Shown one piece after another: positions 1 through 10,710 of a DNA stretch of 64,000 nucleotides; the stretch's first letter is position 1, and every line of letters starts with the position of its first letter. The stretch lies in assembly GCA_964199315.1 (NCBI GenBank), contig OZ116700.1, positions 19,964,001-20,028,000 of the forward strand. The letters run 5' to 3'. The position numbers and the translations under genes were made by a program. The notes under the pieces are model-generated. The model saw only the letters and a program-made list of their open reading frames with translations. It was not told where the DNA came from and ran no database searches. Source of the DNA: Orbicella franksi (taxonomy: Eukaryota).

Positions 1-3000
1 GGATTGTTTGAGAATAGGTTGGAATTTTTTTGGAAAATCTGAGAAAAACTGGGAATTTTGTATCATTTGTAGGGCAGACAAAATTTTGATGATTAATGTC
101 CAGCATTAAAATAGCAAATAAAGTCACTGATATCACATCAAACAGGTTTTAAATCAATGGTTTATTACATTGGCTTTCATGAATTTAAACATAAGAATAA
201 TTATCCTGTTTCTTTTTCATTACATCAAGAGTAAAAAGTAAAACTGAAAACAGATATGAAGGTCAAACTTTTACATGTTTGATAAAAAGAGAACTTTTTC
301 AGATAATCTACTTACTTTTTTGGTTTACAAATCCAACAATTTTCCATACACAAGATTTTAGCTTAAATTATTGTTATTATGTGGAACGAATCTGGATTTT
401 CATGAATGTAAGGAATCAATGATAAGAACAAAACTGAAACAATCCTTAAAATAAAAAAAAAGGCTGAGTTTGGGCAAACTTAGCTGCTGTTCAGTTATTT
501 CTGTTGATTCCACAGCTTCTTTTGTTGCCCTCTAATTAGGGTGTCAACAGCTAGCCTCTTCATGTTCATCTTTGTTGTATGACACCTAAAACAAAATTAA
601 AAAAATACATTACATTGCGATATATATGAGGTACTGTAAGACTGAGATCCAAATATTTATGTGCTCACAGTTTAATACATGCAGCTAATTAAGACCTGAC
701 TGTAAGCTGGTTGAAATGTTAAAAGAGAAGACTTGATAATTGTGAAGGTGCTTGTATACTATTGATAAATATGTTACATAAATCTTGTGCCTACAGTAGA
801 TTAAATCAAGGGTTTCCTTCTTCTATAAGTGTATCAACAACTCTCGAATTGGAGGATACACTGTATATATATCACGGTTTTTAGCCAAATTTAGACATTA
901 GAAATATTAAAAAAGACACTTAAAACATTAAAGGAACATTTACACTGTAAATAATAGAGTAAACACAAAAGAATATACAGATGGACAAAAATTGAAGATC
1001 AACACGGATTGCCATACAGTCAGGCTGAAACACACAGGAGACATCAAACTCATGCACACTGTGGCTGCCTCGTTGGAGTTTTTGTCAAGGACTATGACTG
1101 GGATCAGAGAGAACTGCTATATTTATTTCGTTTGAACAAGTGAGGCGAGAGAAACGACTTGTTCCTCGCGAATCAAATTGTTCAGGCACGCACTCTGGGT
1201 AACCTAAATTGTTTCAACTCTGCTTTAGCCAGAATTCATTTCATGCCATGACTGAGTGACCCACTCGTGTATGATTCGTGATGATAAAGTTCATTCAAAA
1301 GCTTTTGTCTAAATACAAGAATTTACGTTGTATAATATAAGGTTACTTGAATTCGATTACTCACCAAATAATTCTGTATACGGCTAATCTGCCCTTCGAA
1401 TTTTTCCCCGTTGAAACATCCACAGGAATACTTTCTTTTAACTCCAAATCTTCGCCAAGAATAACTTGTTTCTCGTTAATGACACTCACGCTGTTTTCTT
1501 CTGATCACAGGACCGCCGCAAAAACCATTTTGATATAATTTTGGAAGTGAAATCTACTAAAACGCACGAGCGATCAACCGTTAACGCTGAATTCAAAGAT
1601 GGGCGCCAAAAGAGAATGAATAACGCAATCTTTGTCACGTTCAGTCACCAGGATAGTCACGTGAAAATTCGCGTGCAGTGATTGGTTCAGTTGATCAGTT
1701 GAGGAGAGATTGGAAACTAGAGAAGAAGGAGAGAGAGACTGGCAACGAGGTTGCCGGACCAATCGCTTTCGATTGCAAGTCTGTTTCCCTTTCCACGCTG
1801 TTTTGGTGGTCTTCTGAAAGATGGGTCTTGCTTCAAAAGGAAATAACTACACAAACTTTTTACGAAGAAATCAAGGAGGAAAATGGAACGTACTTTAACT
1901 GGTTGATCTGTTCTCGATGGTTGTCAAGATAACAAAGGATCGTGAGGCACTTAAATCAAGTTCACTGCAAAGGTAAGGAATCCAATTTTATAGGGATTTT
2001 CTGTTGTGATGAGCTATAATTGTAAATAAATCAAACTAAGCAATGCATTGTGTGCTCTTTAAAAACCCCAAAGGCCGAAATTCACCTAAAAGGTTTCAGA
2101 TCGACCTGAGGAACCGAGATAAATTCTGCGAAATAAGCTTAAGCTTGTTGTATTAGTCCACCAAATCTATTTTGAGAGCCCACGTGTTTCAAAACCCAGT
2201 CAGCACAATGCAGCAAGTATAAATTTGCAATGCTTGTCATTTTTCCTTTGAATTATTTATAAGGATTAACATGATATGAGATCTATAGTCTTTTCAATGC
2301 ATCAAGATGTAGGTTTTTTTATTTGCACTGTCATTTATTTATGTCAGTTATTTATCTGTTTCCCACTGACTCATAATCTTTTTGATTCTTTTGATTTTGT
2401 TGTGTCATGAATTAAAGTGGCCACGAGGACAAGGAAATGCAAGAAACATATTGATGATCCCACTATACCCATACCAAAATCTACAAGATTCGACCACATA
2501 AATTGCTTAAAGCAGTCTTCACAGACCAGTTGACGTCATCTCCCTCTCTTGCATCACTTTTTCTTGGAGATCATTTCCAGCACATGAACAGAAGACCTCA
2601 GAGTTTTCGGCTCACCTGAGTGAGATGGCTGTTGGGAAAAATGTTGTGGATGACTGATGGATTATGGAGTGAACCTTTATGCAAGAATTGAAGCTTCACA
2701 GAAGCATTTGATGAAACCAAGTTGCCTATACCTGAAAAGACTACAGAAACACCAATTGATGTAATACACAACAACTCAGATTTGTCCACAGACAGTGATT
2801 CAGGTAATGATGTTGAAGTTTCAGTTGCGACTCCTATGAAGAAATTGAGAACTCTGACACTGATGGCCATTCACTGGACTCCCCTGATGAAAGTGAAACT
2901 ACTATGGTTCCCAAGAAAAAACATTAATTTTTCTGCCAAAGAATATGCCTGTATGGCTATTCTGGCCTTAATTTCAAGACATTGTATGACAATGAGAGGC

Positions 3001-3995
3001 TGCTAAGGATATCCTTGTTTTAATGAAACTACTGGTAATTTGTCCAGAGAATGTCACAGTACAGTTTTACAAATGTACAGCAAGTGTGTGGAAACTGAGC
3101 TTTTCATTTATGACATCTGTGAGAGATGTCTTCTTCTTTTTCCTAAAGTCATAAAGGATCAAGTCAAAAATTGTTCAACAGTGGGCTGTGATGGGTATGT
3201 GTGTGAATCTACAATTATATTAAATATATACATGCATATATATACTTTTGGTTTTATTGAAATTGTAAATAATGTATATTCATTTATGCTGACAGAATTG
3301 TTTGCTTAATCTATTTATCAAATCTAAGAGCATCCATTTTTCTATCAGTTAAACTCTGGGTGTTTGATTTAAGGGTCCATACAGGCACTTATACACTAAC
3401 AAATCACGTTGGATCTAAAAAGCAATGTTATCAGTGCTATAGTTTTATGTTGAGTTGTCAGACTTAAACTGGAATTAATGTACATTTGTTTGGAAATAAT
3501 TATCTTGGAGCTTGAGAACAATAAAAAGGTATGGAACTCCAGAGAAATGATCGTGTTGATTTTTACTAATTCACAGAAACTGATTCATGCACTGAGTTCA
3601 TCTTTAATTTTGACATTTTGAGAAATTTATACAAATTTCCAACAATATTTCATGTGTTTTAGCTATTCCCAAAAATTCCTAGATATTCCAAACACATTTT
3701 TTAAAACAGTCTGGGAAATAATAGGAGTTCCTAGGAATTCCCAATAATTCCCAGTCATACTTTTCACTATTCCCAAATATTCCCAGAAATTCCAAGGTCT
3801 TGGATTAAGCATAATTTGCATGGCTTGGAATAACTTGGAATTCCTAGGAATTCCCAATAATTCCCAGTCATACTTCCACTATTCCCAAATATTCCCAGAA
3901 ATTCCAAGGTCTTGGATAAAGCATAATTTGCATGTCTTGGAATAACTTGGAATTCCTAGGAATTCCCAGACTACTGGGAATTTATTTCGCAGGGG
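1..3995. mobile_element. Decayed CACTA/EnSpm (CMC)-like DNA transposon, right part; left end outside window
   Basis: + strand exon remnants: C2H2-like WLICSRWLSR*QRIVRHLNQVHCK ending at a GT donor (~1975); frameshifted CMAILALISRHCMT-NEAAKDILVLMKL and YDICERCLLLFP..NCSTVGC (2950-3190), resembling the region before Transposase_21 in animal CACTAs. Divergent - strand exon ~1330-1520. GGAATTCC-rich subterminal repeats end in ...CGCAGGGG at 3995; similar GGAATTT-rich text at 1-60. No DDE core seen. Confidence 0.45.
3728..3967. repeat. Tandem repeat, 112-113 bp unit x ~2.1, rich in GGAATTCC/ATTCCC cores
   Basis: Units start TTCCTAGGAATTCCC at 3728, 3841 and 3953; only a few differences between copies. 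Confidence 0.95.
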
Positions 3996-4229
3996 TTTGA
4001 CAAGATGTTGCCTTTATTGCTAAAGGCGATAGTGGAAAACGATGAAATTCAAACGGAAATCCGAGCAAAACAATCTCTGACCGATCGATGCAAAATGATT
4101 GCTTTGTAACCACGCAGTCATTTAAAGAGAGAGTCTGGACACCAGAGAAATACACACGCAACCGATAAGAAGTCTGGGCCGAGTCACGTAGATCGATCGA
4201 ATTGAACGATCGAACGAACAATAAACAAC

Positions 4230-4379
4230 ATGGAAAAGTTCCATTTCACATCAGCTGTGCGTGGATACCATGTTTATAAACATGTATGGAAGCCTTCAAT
4301 TGGTGAAAAACTTGTTGCTCGACGCAAGTTTAACAATCCTATGGATAAACACGCGGTGCAAGTTGTGAAGTACAAATGA
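4230..4379 (+). pseudogene. Truncated HIRAN-like domain ORF (49 aa)
   Basis: MEKFHFTSAVRGYHVYKHVWKPSIGEKLVARRKFNNPMDKHAVQVVK fits the RGYHVYK..W...IGE.L......N..D..AV HIRAN-like pattern. It is below the ORF-track length cutoff and breaks at a 13-bp tandem duplication (AAGTACAAATGAA). Confidence 0.75.
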
Positions 4380-4601
4380 AAGGAAGTACAAATGAATCGC
4401 TTGAAAGAACTACTCGCGAAGAAGATTCAGGTTTAAAACCTGAAGAGACAAAGGCTCCTTTAGGAGCCACCACTTCTATCAAAAGCAATGATCAACAACA
4501 GCAACAGGTTTCAAAATGTTGAATGTTTATTTACTTACGTTTTTAAGTACTATATCTGACCACTAACTAGGCAATTAGCCCCCTCTGAAAGCAATTGTCT
4601 C

Positions 4602-4678
4602 GTATATAAGCCGCACCTGCCATTTTGAGCCCAAAATTTCAGCAGAAAGGTGCGGCTTATACACGAGTTTTTACGGTA
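4602..4678. mobile_element. pogo/Tigger-like (Tc1/mariner) terminal inverted repeat, right end
   Basis: Internal palindrome TATAAGCCGCACCT...AGGTGCGGCTTATA followed by CACGAGTTTTTACGG-TA, the typical TACCGTAAAAAC..TATAAGCCGCAC terminus. Partner TIR and transposase not found. Confidence 0.7.
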
Positions 4679-4989
4679 CTATTTTCCTTTGACTTTAAGA
4701 CAACTAAGATTCAGTGGAATACACTATAAACAGTCTGCCTGTTTGCTGTTCAACAAAATAATAAGGTTTCTTTTGTTTTTTGTTCAACAAAAGATCTCCA
4801 AAAGATGCCGCTTGGAAAACTGAGCTTTTTGCATGCGTTATTTCTCGAGAACGAAGAGCGCCCCAGCCAAAAAAAATCCAGAGCAATGTTTCTGAGGTAC
4901 AACGAAGCCTACATGCCAAAATTCAGCTATTTTTGAACACTTTCAAAATGGCCAAAAAATCTAGGGGACGTTCTTGCAGGCGGCCTTTC

Positions 4990-7834
4990 AATTAATGTAA
5001 TTACAGCCTGTCTTTGTGAATGGCTCATTTCGCCTTGTACAAAAGATGCATTGAAGCATTCAACTAAAGGATCCCTCAAGAAATTCCAGAAAGTCTTATA
5101 GAATTCTATAGTTAGACTGTCATTTCCCAGAACCTTATTTAATGGAAAAGAGTTTATAATTTTAGAGCATTCTTCAAGACTTAGTCCTTCACCCAGATAT
5201 CTTAATTCATGTGAAAGTGTTGGAATAGGCAAGTCTTCAAAACGAAAGTATAATTTGTTTTAGTCAGAGCAGTTTTTTCTTGATTTATAAAGATTTTCAT
5301 AAAAGATTTTCTCCCTCTAAAATTTCAAAGGGATCTATGGTAATTACTCCACTAAGCCTAAGCTTCCGTATGTGCTTTCTTATATGATTACGTTTTTCCA
5401 AATTAAAAAAATATTGAGAGTTTTTTTCTCTGTGTTCATACCACCTCGCTCGTGATCTAACTATTAAGCCCTCAACCTTTTTATCATACATTTGTTCCAT
5501 TTTTTCTTTCAAGATATTTAATGTTGATAAGTTCTCTTGACTGGGATTGTTTTGAAAACTAAAGAGGCTTCTTGGAGTTCTCTATTTAGCTGCCACTCTT
5601 CTGCTTTTCTTTGCTTACTTTTATGCATCGAATATTGTGTGGAGTATTTCTTAACATTATACTTCACCCAATCCCAAACAGAGCGTGGGTCACTAAGATC
5701 TTGCTTGCCTTCTTTGAGCCAAGAAGGAAGAAGACAATTTATTTCATCAACATATTGTTTATCATTCAGAAGGGAGCAATTTAATTTCCAAAAACCTGAA
5801 CCCTTTACTTTGTCATCAACATCTTGAAACTCTATTGTTATTGCAGAATGACCGGTTTTTATTGCTGAAATTATGTCAACATTATAAATGTTGTCCGATA
5901 AAGAATTGGAAATAAGCCAATAGTCCAGTCTTGAGAAAATCAAAGGATTTGATTGACTCCAGGTAAAACTGCATACTGTGGGATTCTTTACACGCCAAAT
6001 GTCATGTAAATCAAGCTCTGACTGTAACTGTTCTATTATGCTAATTACAGATTGTCTTGGAATCATGTTGCCACCTCTCTTGTCGATGACTGGATTTAAA
6101 GGACAGTTGAAGTCTCCTCCAACAATGATATTTTCAATTTCGTCCAAATTGTTTTTCACAATGGTTTGCAAAAGTGATTGATAAAAGGTAACCAATTCGT
6201 TATCCCGATTTGGAGCGTAAACATTAACTAGAAGAGCAGGTTCTCTACTTAGAAGAACTTAAAGCATAATAAATTTACTGTTAGAGTCAACAATGGACTT
6301 TTCAGCTGTACAATCAAAATTATTCCTGATTAGAATTGCCACCCCTCTTGCATTGTTAGCCCCATGAGTGCAAAAAAAATGTAGCACCCCATTCTCTTTT
6401 CCACGAAACTTCATTCCCTTGAGCGCAATGTTTTTCCTGCAGGAAAACAATATCCGGTTTTTGTTTTCTAAGCCAAGTAATTATCGTCCGTCTTTTTCGA
6501 AAGTTGTTGATGCCTTTCATATTTAAAGATATAAGTTTACCCTTCACCATTTTTGATGAAAAAACACAGAGGGCAATTGAAATTAAGGAGAAGTATCATG
6601 ATGTATCTATAATTAAATAACCATCCAAGTATAATCACTGAAATCTTGCAATAATTAGAGCCATAAAGTGACAACTTTGAGATATATGAGTAATATGATG
6701 TCTGCAAAATTACCGTTACAAATAAAGTGCAAATAAATAAATTTACTGCAAAAGAGTTGCTCACAAAATTTGCGCTTGTGCAGCTTTGCACGAGCAAATG
6801 GGACACACATGAAATCATCGCGCAATGGACATTAGCGCTTGTCTTTGCTGTGCTATGCAATGTTAGAAGACTGAAAAAAATGAAGCAATTATCAACACAA
6901 TATTTAGATAAATAAATTTCTACGTGACCAAGACTGCCCTTCTGTCCACAAAAAAGTTTTCCCTTTGTGAAACGAACTCTCTTCCCTTCTTCAAAAGCCT
7001 TTCGCATAAGTGCAAGAGCTTTTTTCCGAGTTTCAAAGTCACTAGGTGTGAAATCTTCGACAAACCTCTCGTCATTGAGTTCCGCCTTCCCACCTGCACT
7101 CTTTGCAGCCTGAAGTAGTTTTCTTTTAACTGGCCTGCTGTAGAGTTTGGCAATGATGTGTCTTGGCCTCTCACCTTGCTTCTTCCCTGTACGATGCTCA
7201 TTCTCTACCTCAGCTGCTGCATGTTTGTGGCCAAGATGTGTAATGTAATCCAGAATTATCACCATAGAGTCTCCGCCATCCTCTTCACTCACACCTAAAA
7301 CACGAATATTAAGGTCTCTAGAGTATCTCTCTAAATGTTGCAGCTTTTTACGAAGTTTGTTGTTGCTTTGTGGAAGGTTGTCTATCTCGTCGGTGTTAGC
7401 ATTCATCGAGTTGAGAGAAGTCTTCAAGCTGTCAAACCCTGCTTCGAGCTCCTGTTGTTTAAATTTCAATCCATCTATTTCTTCTACCTTAGATATAATG
7501 CTCTCAATTTTTTGTAGTCTTTCATTCGTATTTCATTGAAAAAGCCTAACATCGTCACTCAGTTTCTTAATTTGGTTTATAAGGTCACCTCATCATTAAT
7601 TTTAGCTCTTCCAGCACCACGTCCGCCATGGTCAATTCCTCGAGGTTTGGCACCTTCTTCGCGTTGTTTTTCTCCTTATTTTCTTGTTCAAAGCTCTGTA
7701 AAGGCACCAGTCTTTTCCCTGACCGAAGGCATTTCTCTGACATGTAGCATTGCTAAAAAAGTACAGCTCTGGTCGAATGATAAACAGAAAAAGTTTCTTC
7801 CAATGTGGAGCTCGGCAAGACACGTCTTCACTCC
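4990..7834 (-). mobile_element. L1/Tx1-clade non-LTR retrotransposon, 5' part (ORF1, endonuclease, start of RT); 3' part lost
   Basis: ORF1 remnant ~7750-6900 (coiled coil, ERYSRDLNIRVLGV, RPRHIIAKL). ORF2 APE motifs LISLNMKGI, DIVFLQE, IIVGGDFN, RLDYWLIS, GFWKLN, then QYFFNLEKRN and GNDSLTIEFYKTFW..SQRQAVITL ending ~4990. Several frameshifts. 5' end reads GGAGTGAAGACGTG. Confidence 0.9.
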
Positions 7835-7835
7835 A

Positions 7836-8224
7836 TGAATGTCCAGAGTTGAAACCCTAATAATATAATAGGTTGTACTTGCAGTGTAACCCTATCGTCC
7901 ATCATGCGCTTAACTCCTCTTGGCCTAGTGGATAAAGCTGCAAGCCAAACTGCTTCTCTTTGGCACTGAGCATTCATAGCTTCCACTGTGGCTTTGATCC
8001 ATTCAGGCTCAACTTCTTCCTTACATTCACTAATATATTGCTCAATAGGCATCCTTGACAGGGCATTTGCATCTCTATTTGCAGTTCCTGGACAATACTT
8101 TACTGTGAAGTTAAAATCAGAAAGCTCTGCTACCCGGCAGTGACCTGTAGGATTAAGCCTGGCAGAAGTGAGTACATAGGTTAACGGGTTGTCCGTGTAC
8201 ACAGTAAATTGTGGCGCATAATAT
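7836..8224 (-). mobile_element. Gypsy LTR retrotransposon fragment (RNase H C-terminus)
   Basis: YYAPQFTVYTDNPLTYVLTSARLNPTGHCRVAELSDFNFTVKYCPGTANRDANALSRMP matches the Gypsy RNase H tail (YTD.NPL...KYRPG..N..AD.LSR). Confidence 0.9.
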
Positions 8225-8225
8225 A

Positions 8226-8510
8226 GATTTTTTATTATTTTTTTTACGACATATGCTTTATTTCAAAATACAAACATTTACAACATGGTGTGTCTGTCAA
8301 GTACACATACAAACTAGTTACAAGACCAAAAACATTGCAATTCAGTTCTATTTAAATGTTCCAATATCATTATGTATACCACCTACGCAAGGGAAAAGAG
8401 ATATCTACCCTTAAAACACTAAATAAATAAAACTAACTGATTAGACTAGAACGGTGCCCTTGAAGGAGCATCTTCTTTATGATATTTAATTATTAGATGA
8501 ATTTTAATTT
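8226..8510 (-). mobile_element. 5'-truncated L1 copy (3' UTR plus poly-A), sibling of the 16628-27026 element
   Basis: Reverse complement aligns with ~26750-27026 (roughly 90% by eye); T-rich tail at 8226-8247. Confidence 0.9.
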
Positions 8511-8550
8511 ATGTTTTCAGTGTTATATTTTGTGTTATATTTATTGGCCG

Positions 8551-8717
8551 CATTAAACAGGAGTGGGGCTCTTCATAGATCAGAGGAGGCGAGGCCAGCA
8601 CCGACAGAACCAGTACCCAAGGGAGCAGAAAGTGAAGATGAGAAGGAAGACCTATACGTGGCTGAAGCTCTCATCATTAGAACACGGCTTCAAATCAGGA
8701 GGGAGCTGGAGCTGTAA
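8551..8717 (+). other. Possible terminal exon of an unidentified gene, perhaps of the Sola3-like element ending at 10517
   Basis: GC-richer island after an ...AAACAG acceptor; open frame SGALHRSEEARPAPTEPVPKGAESEDEKEDLYVAEALIIRTRLQIRRELEL*. No domain recognised. Confidence 0.3.
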
Positions 8718-8849
8718 CTTCACTTTCGATCAGAGTGTTTATCTGTTTGATCATATTTATTTTGACTTTTCTCTTTAATAGTTTTTACAAAGGACAGTTC
8801 TTTAGGGCACAGGTCACAAAAACATGCAGTTGATATTGTTTTTAGTATA

Positions 8850-10000
8850 GTGAGGTCTTTCTACTAAAGTTTTCTGCATCAAGATATGATGTGGCGTGGA
8901 GGTTTCAAGCAAATGTATTATTCCTTTGTTAGACGAACAAAAGCAAATCTCATTATACAATCATTCTAACGTTCAAATAGACAATGTAAGCATTTTGATA
9001 GTATTCTGTGACTCGCGTGTTTGACTTAGCAAAGAGTAAGTCCTGCGAGTGCTTATATAATAATAGGGGCCATCATTAGGCCGCCGATTGTTATTTTCAT
9101 GGCTTAGGAGAAACAAAAGCCTTCAAAAAGGTTCTATTTCATTAAAGTTTATGGTGTGGGATTATTTTACAGCCAAACGCTTTTCTTCCTTTTAGGCATA
9201 TTAGGTAACCAACATTGAGATGTAAGCCAATCAATATGTTTGCAGTAAAGCGAGGTCTTTTTGATAACGTTTTCTGTATCAACACTGTATCAAGATGTGA
9301 TGTCAGTCATGCAAGTTTCAAGCAAATGTATTATTCCTTTTTTAGACGAGCAAAAGCAAATCTCATTATACAATCATTCTAACATTCAAATAGACAGTGT
9401 AAGCATTTTGATAGTATTCTGTGACTCGCGTGTTTGACTTAGCAAAGAGTAAGTCAAGTGAGTGCTTATACAATGATAGAGCCCATCATTAAGCCGCCGA
9501 TTGTTATTTTCATAGCTTAGGACAAACAAAGGCCTTCAAAATGGTTCTATTTCATTAAAGTTTATGGTGTGTAACCATTTTGCGGCATTTTCTGTCTTTT
9601 GCTATGTCATTATTACCCAATTAGCGCGTTATAATGAAAAATAAAAATTGATGTGAGTACCCTGTGGTGGGTGAATTTCTTTTTTTGAGCGATTAGATAG
9701 AAAGGGTTCTATTTCATTAAAGTTTATGGTGTGTAACCATTTTGCGGCATTTTCTGTCTGTTGCTATGTCATTATTACCAAATTAACGCGTTGTAATGAA
9801 AAAAAATGATGTGGGTACCCTGTGGTGGGCGAATTTTTTTCTTTGAGCGATTAGATAGAAATGGTTCTGTTTCATTAAAGTGTATGGTATGTAACCATTT
9901 TGTGACATTTTCTGTCTGTTGCTGTGTCATAATTACCGAATTAACGCATTATAATGAAAAAAATTGACGCCGGTACCCTGTGGTGGACGAAGTGTTGGCA
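8850..10000. repeat. Compound tandem repeat: ~413-bp duplication followed by ~160-bp unit x3
   Basis: GTTTCAAGCAAATGTATTATTCC at 8902 and 9315; GGTTCT(A/G)TTTCATTAAAG at 9130, 9543, 9705 and 9863 (periods 413, 162, 158). Confidence 0.9.
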
Positions 10001-10139
10001 GCCCTCTTTGGAATAGTTCAGTGAGTGCCCAAAGATTTTTTTGCAGATAATGTTAGTATGAAGTCCCACCTTTTAGACGGTATGCTCCGATATTTGAAGC
10101 ATGCTTCACCATTGGAGATATTTTGCCCTAAACTTTGGG

Positions 10140-10517
10140 TATTTTAACAGTTTTCACTATTGGGTGAGAGGGGGGTCTTCTCTGAGACGAGTTGTGTAAT
10201 AGGAACTAGTCATAGAAAAATGAAACGTGGACAGTATATCGTCTTTGGGTAGGACAACATTCACTGAAAATTTGAAAAGATTTGGTTGAATTCTTATGAG
10301 CAGTAGAGCTTTATACTTTTTACCATTTTTGGGGTTATTTTTGGTCATTTTTGTTGAAAAACAAGGGGGGTGGTCAACTACCCCCCCGGTTTTGACCAAA
10401 TTTTCTTAAACTTAGACTGAAGTACTTTCGAGCGAACCCCTTCAAACTGACCAAGTTTCATGGAAATCGGCGAGATAGCTTGTGCCGCCCCTGCCTGGTC
10501 CTCTCGTGGATGCACTC
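10140..10517. mobile_element. Right terminal region of a second Sola3-family element
   Basis: Ends CCTGCCTGGTCCTCTCGTGGATGCACTC followed by TTAA (10518-10521). The outer ~80 bp are clearly homologous to the TIR ends at 29273 and 33221. Left end not found; inner boundary approximate. Confidence 0.75.
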
Positions 10518-10539
10518 TTAAATCTTACTATTGTGTTTT

Positions 10540-10710
10540 TTGATGTTTATTTGGAAAAGCAAACTACAGAGTCACTGTCAACCTTAACTTAAATGTAATT
10601 TGTTTACCATATGAAACAGCAGAAATAAATTTAACTACCTGCTTATACTAACCTTAACTTTAACATGATTTGTTTTTCATATAAAACTGAGGGAATTAAT
10701 ATAATCTAAA
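10540..10710. repeat. AT-rich minisatellite-like repeat, left half; continues at 15029-15210
   Basis: AACCTTAACTT(T)AA(A/C)(T/G/A)...ATTTGTTT..CATAT.AAAC recurs on both sides of the hAT element, which inserted into it. Confidence 0.8.

Noticed and set aside
3660-3990. NF-kB sites or HSEs in the GGAATTCC-rich array
   Set aside because: Cores lack the leading GGG of kB sites and GAA/TTC spacing is 0, 1, 3 or 4 rather than 2; TE subterminal repeats explain them.
3728-10000. Tandem arrays as CRISPR
   Set aside because: Units are long, contiguous and lack unique spacers; there are no cas genes and the context is eukaryotic.
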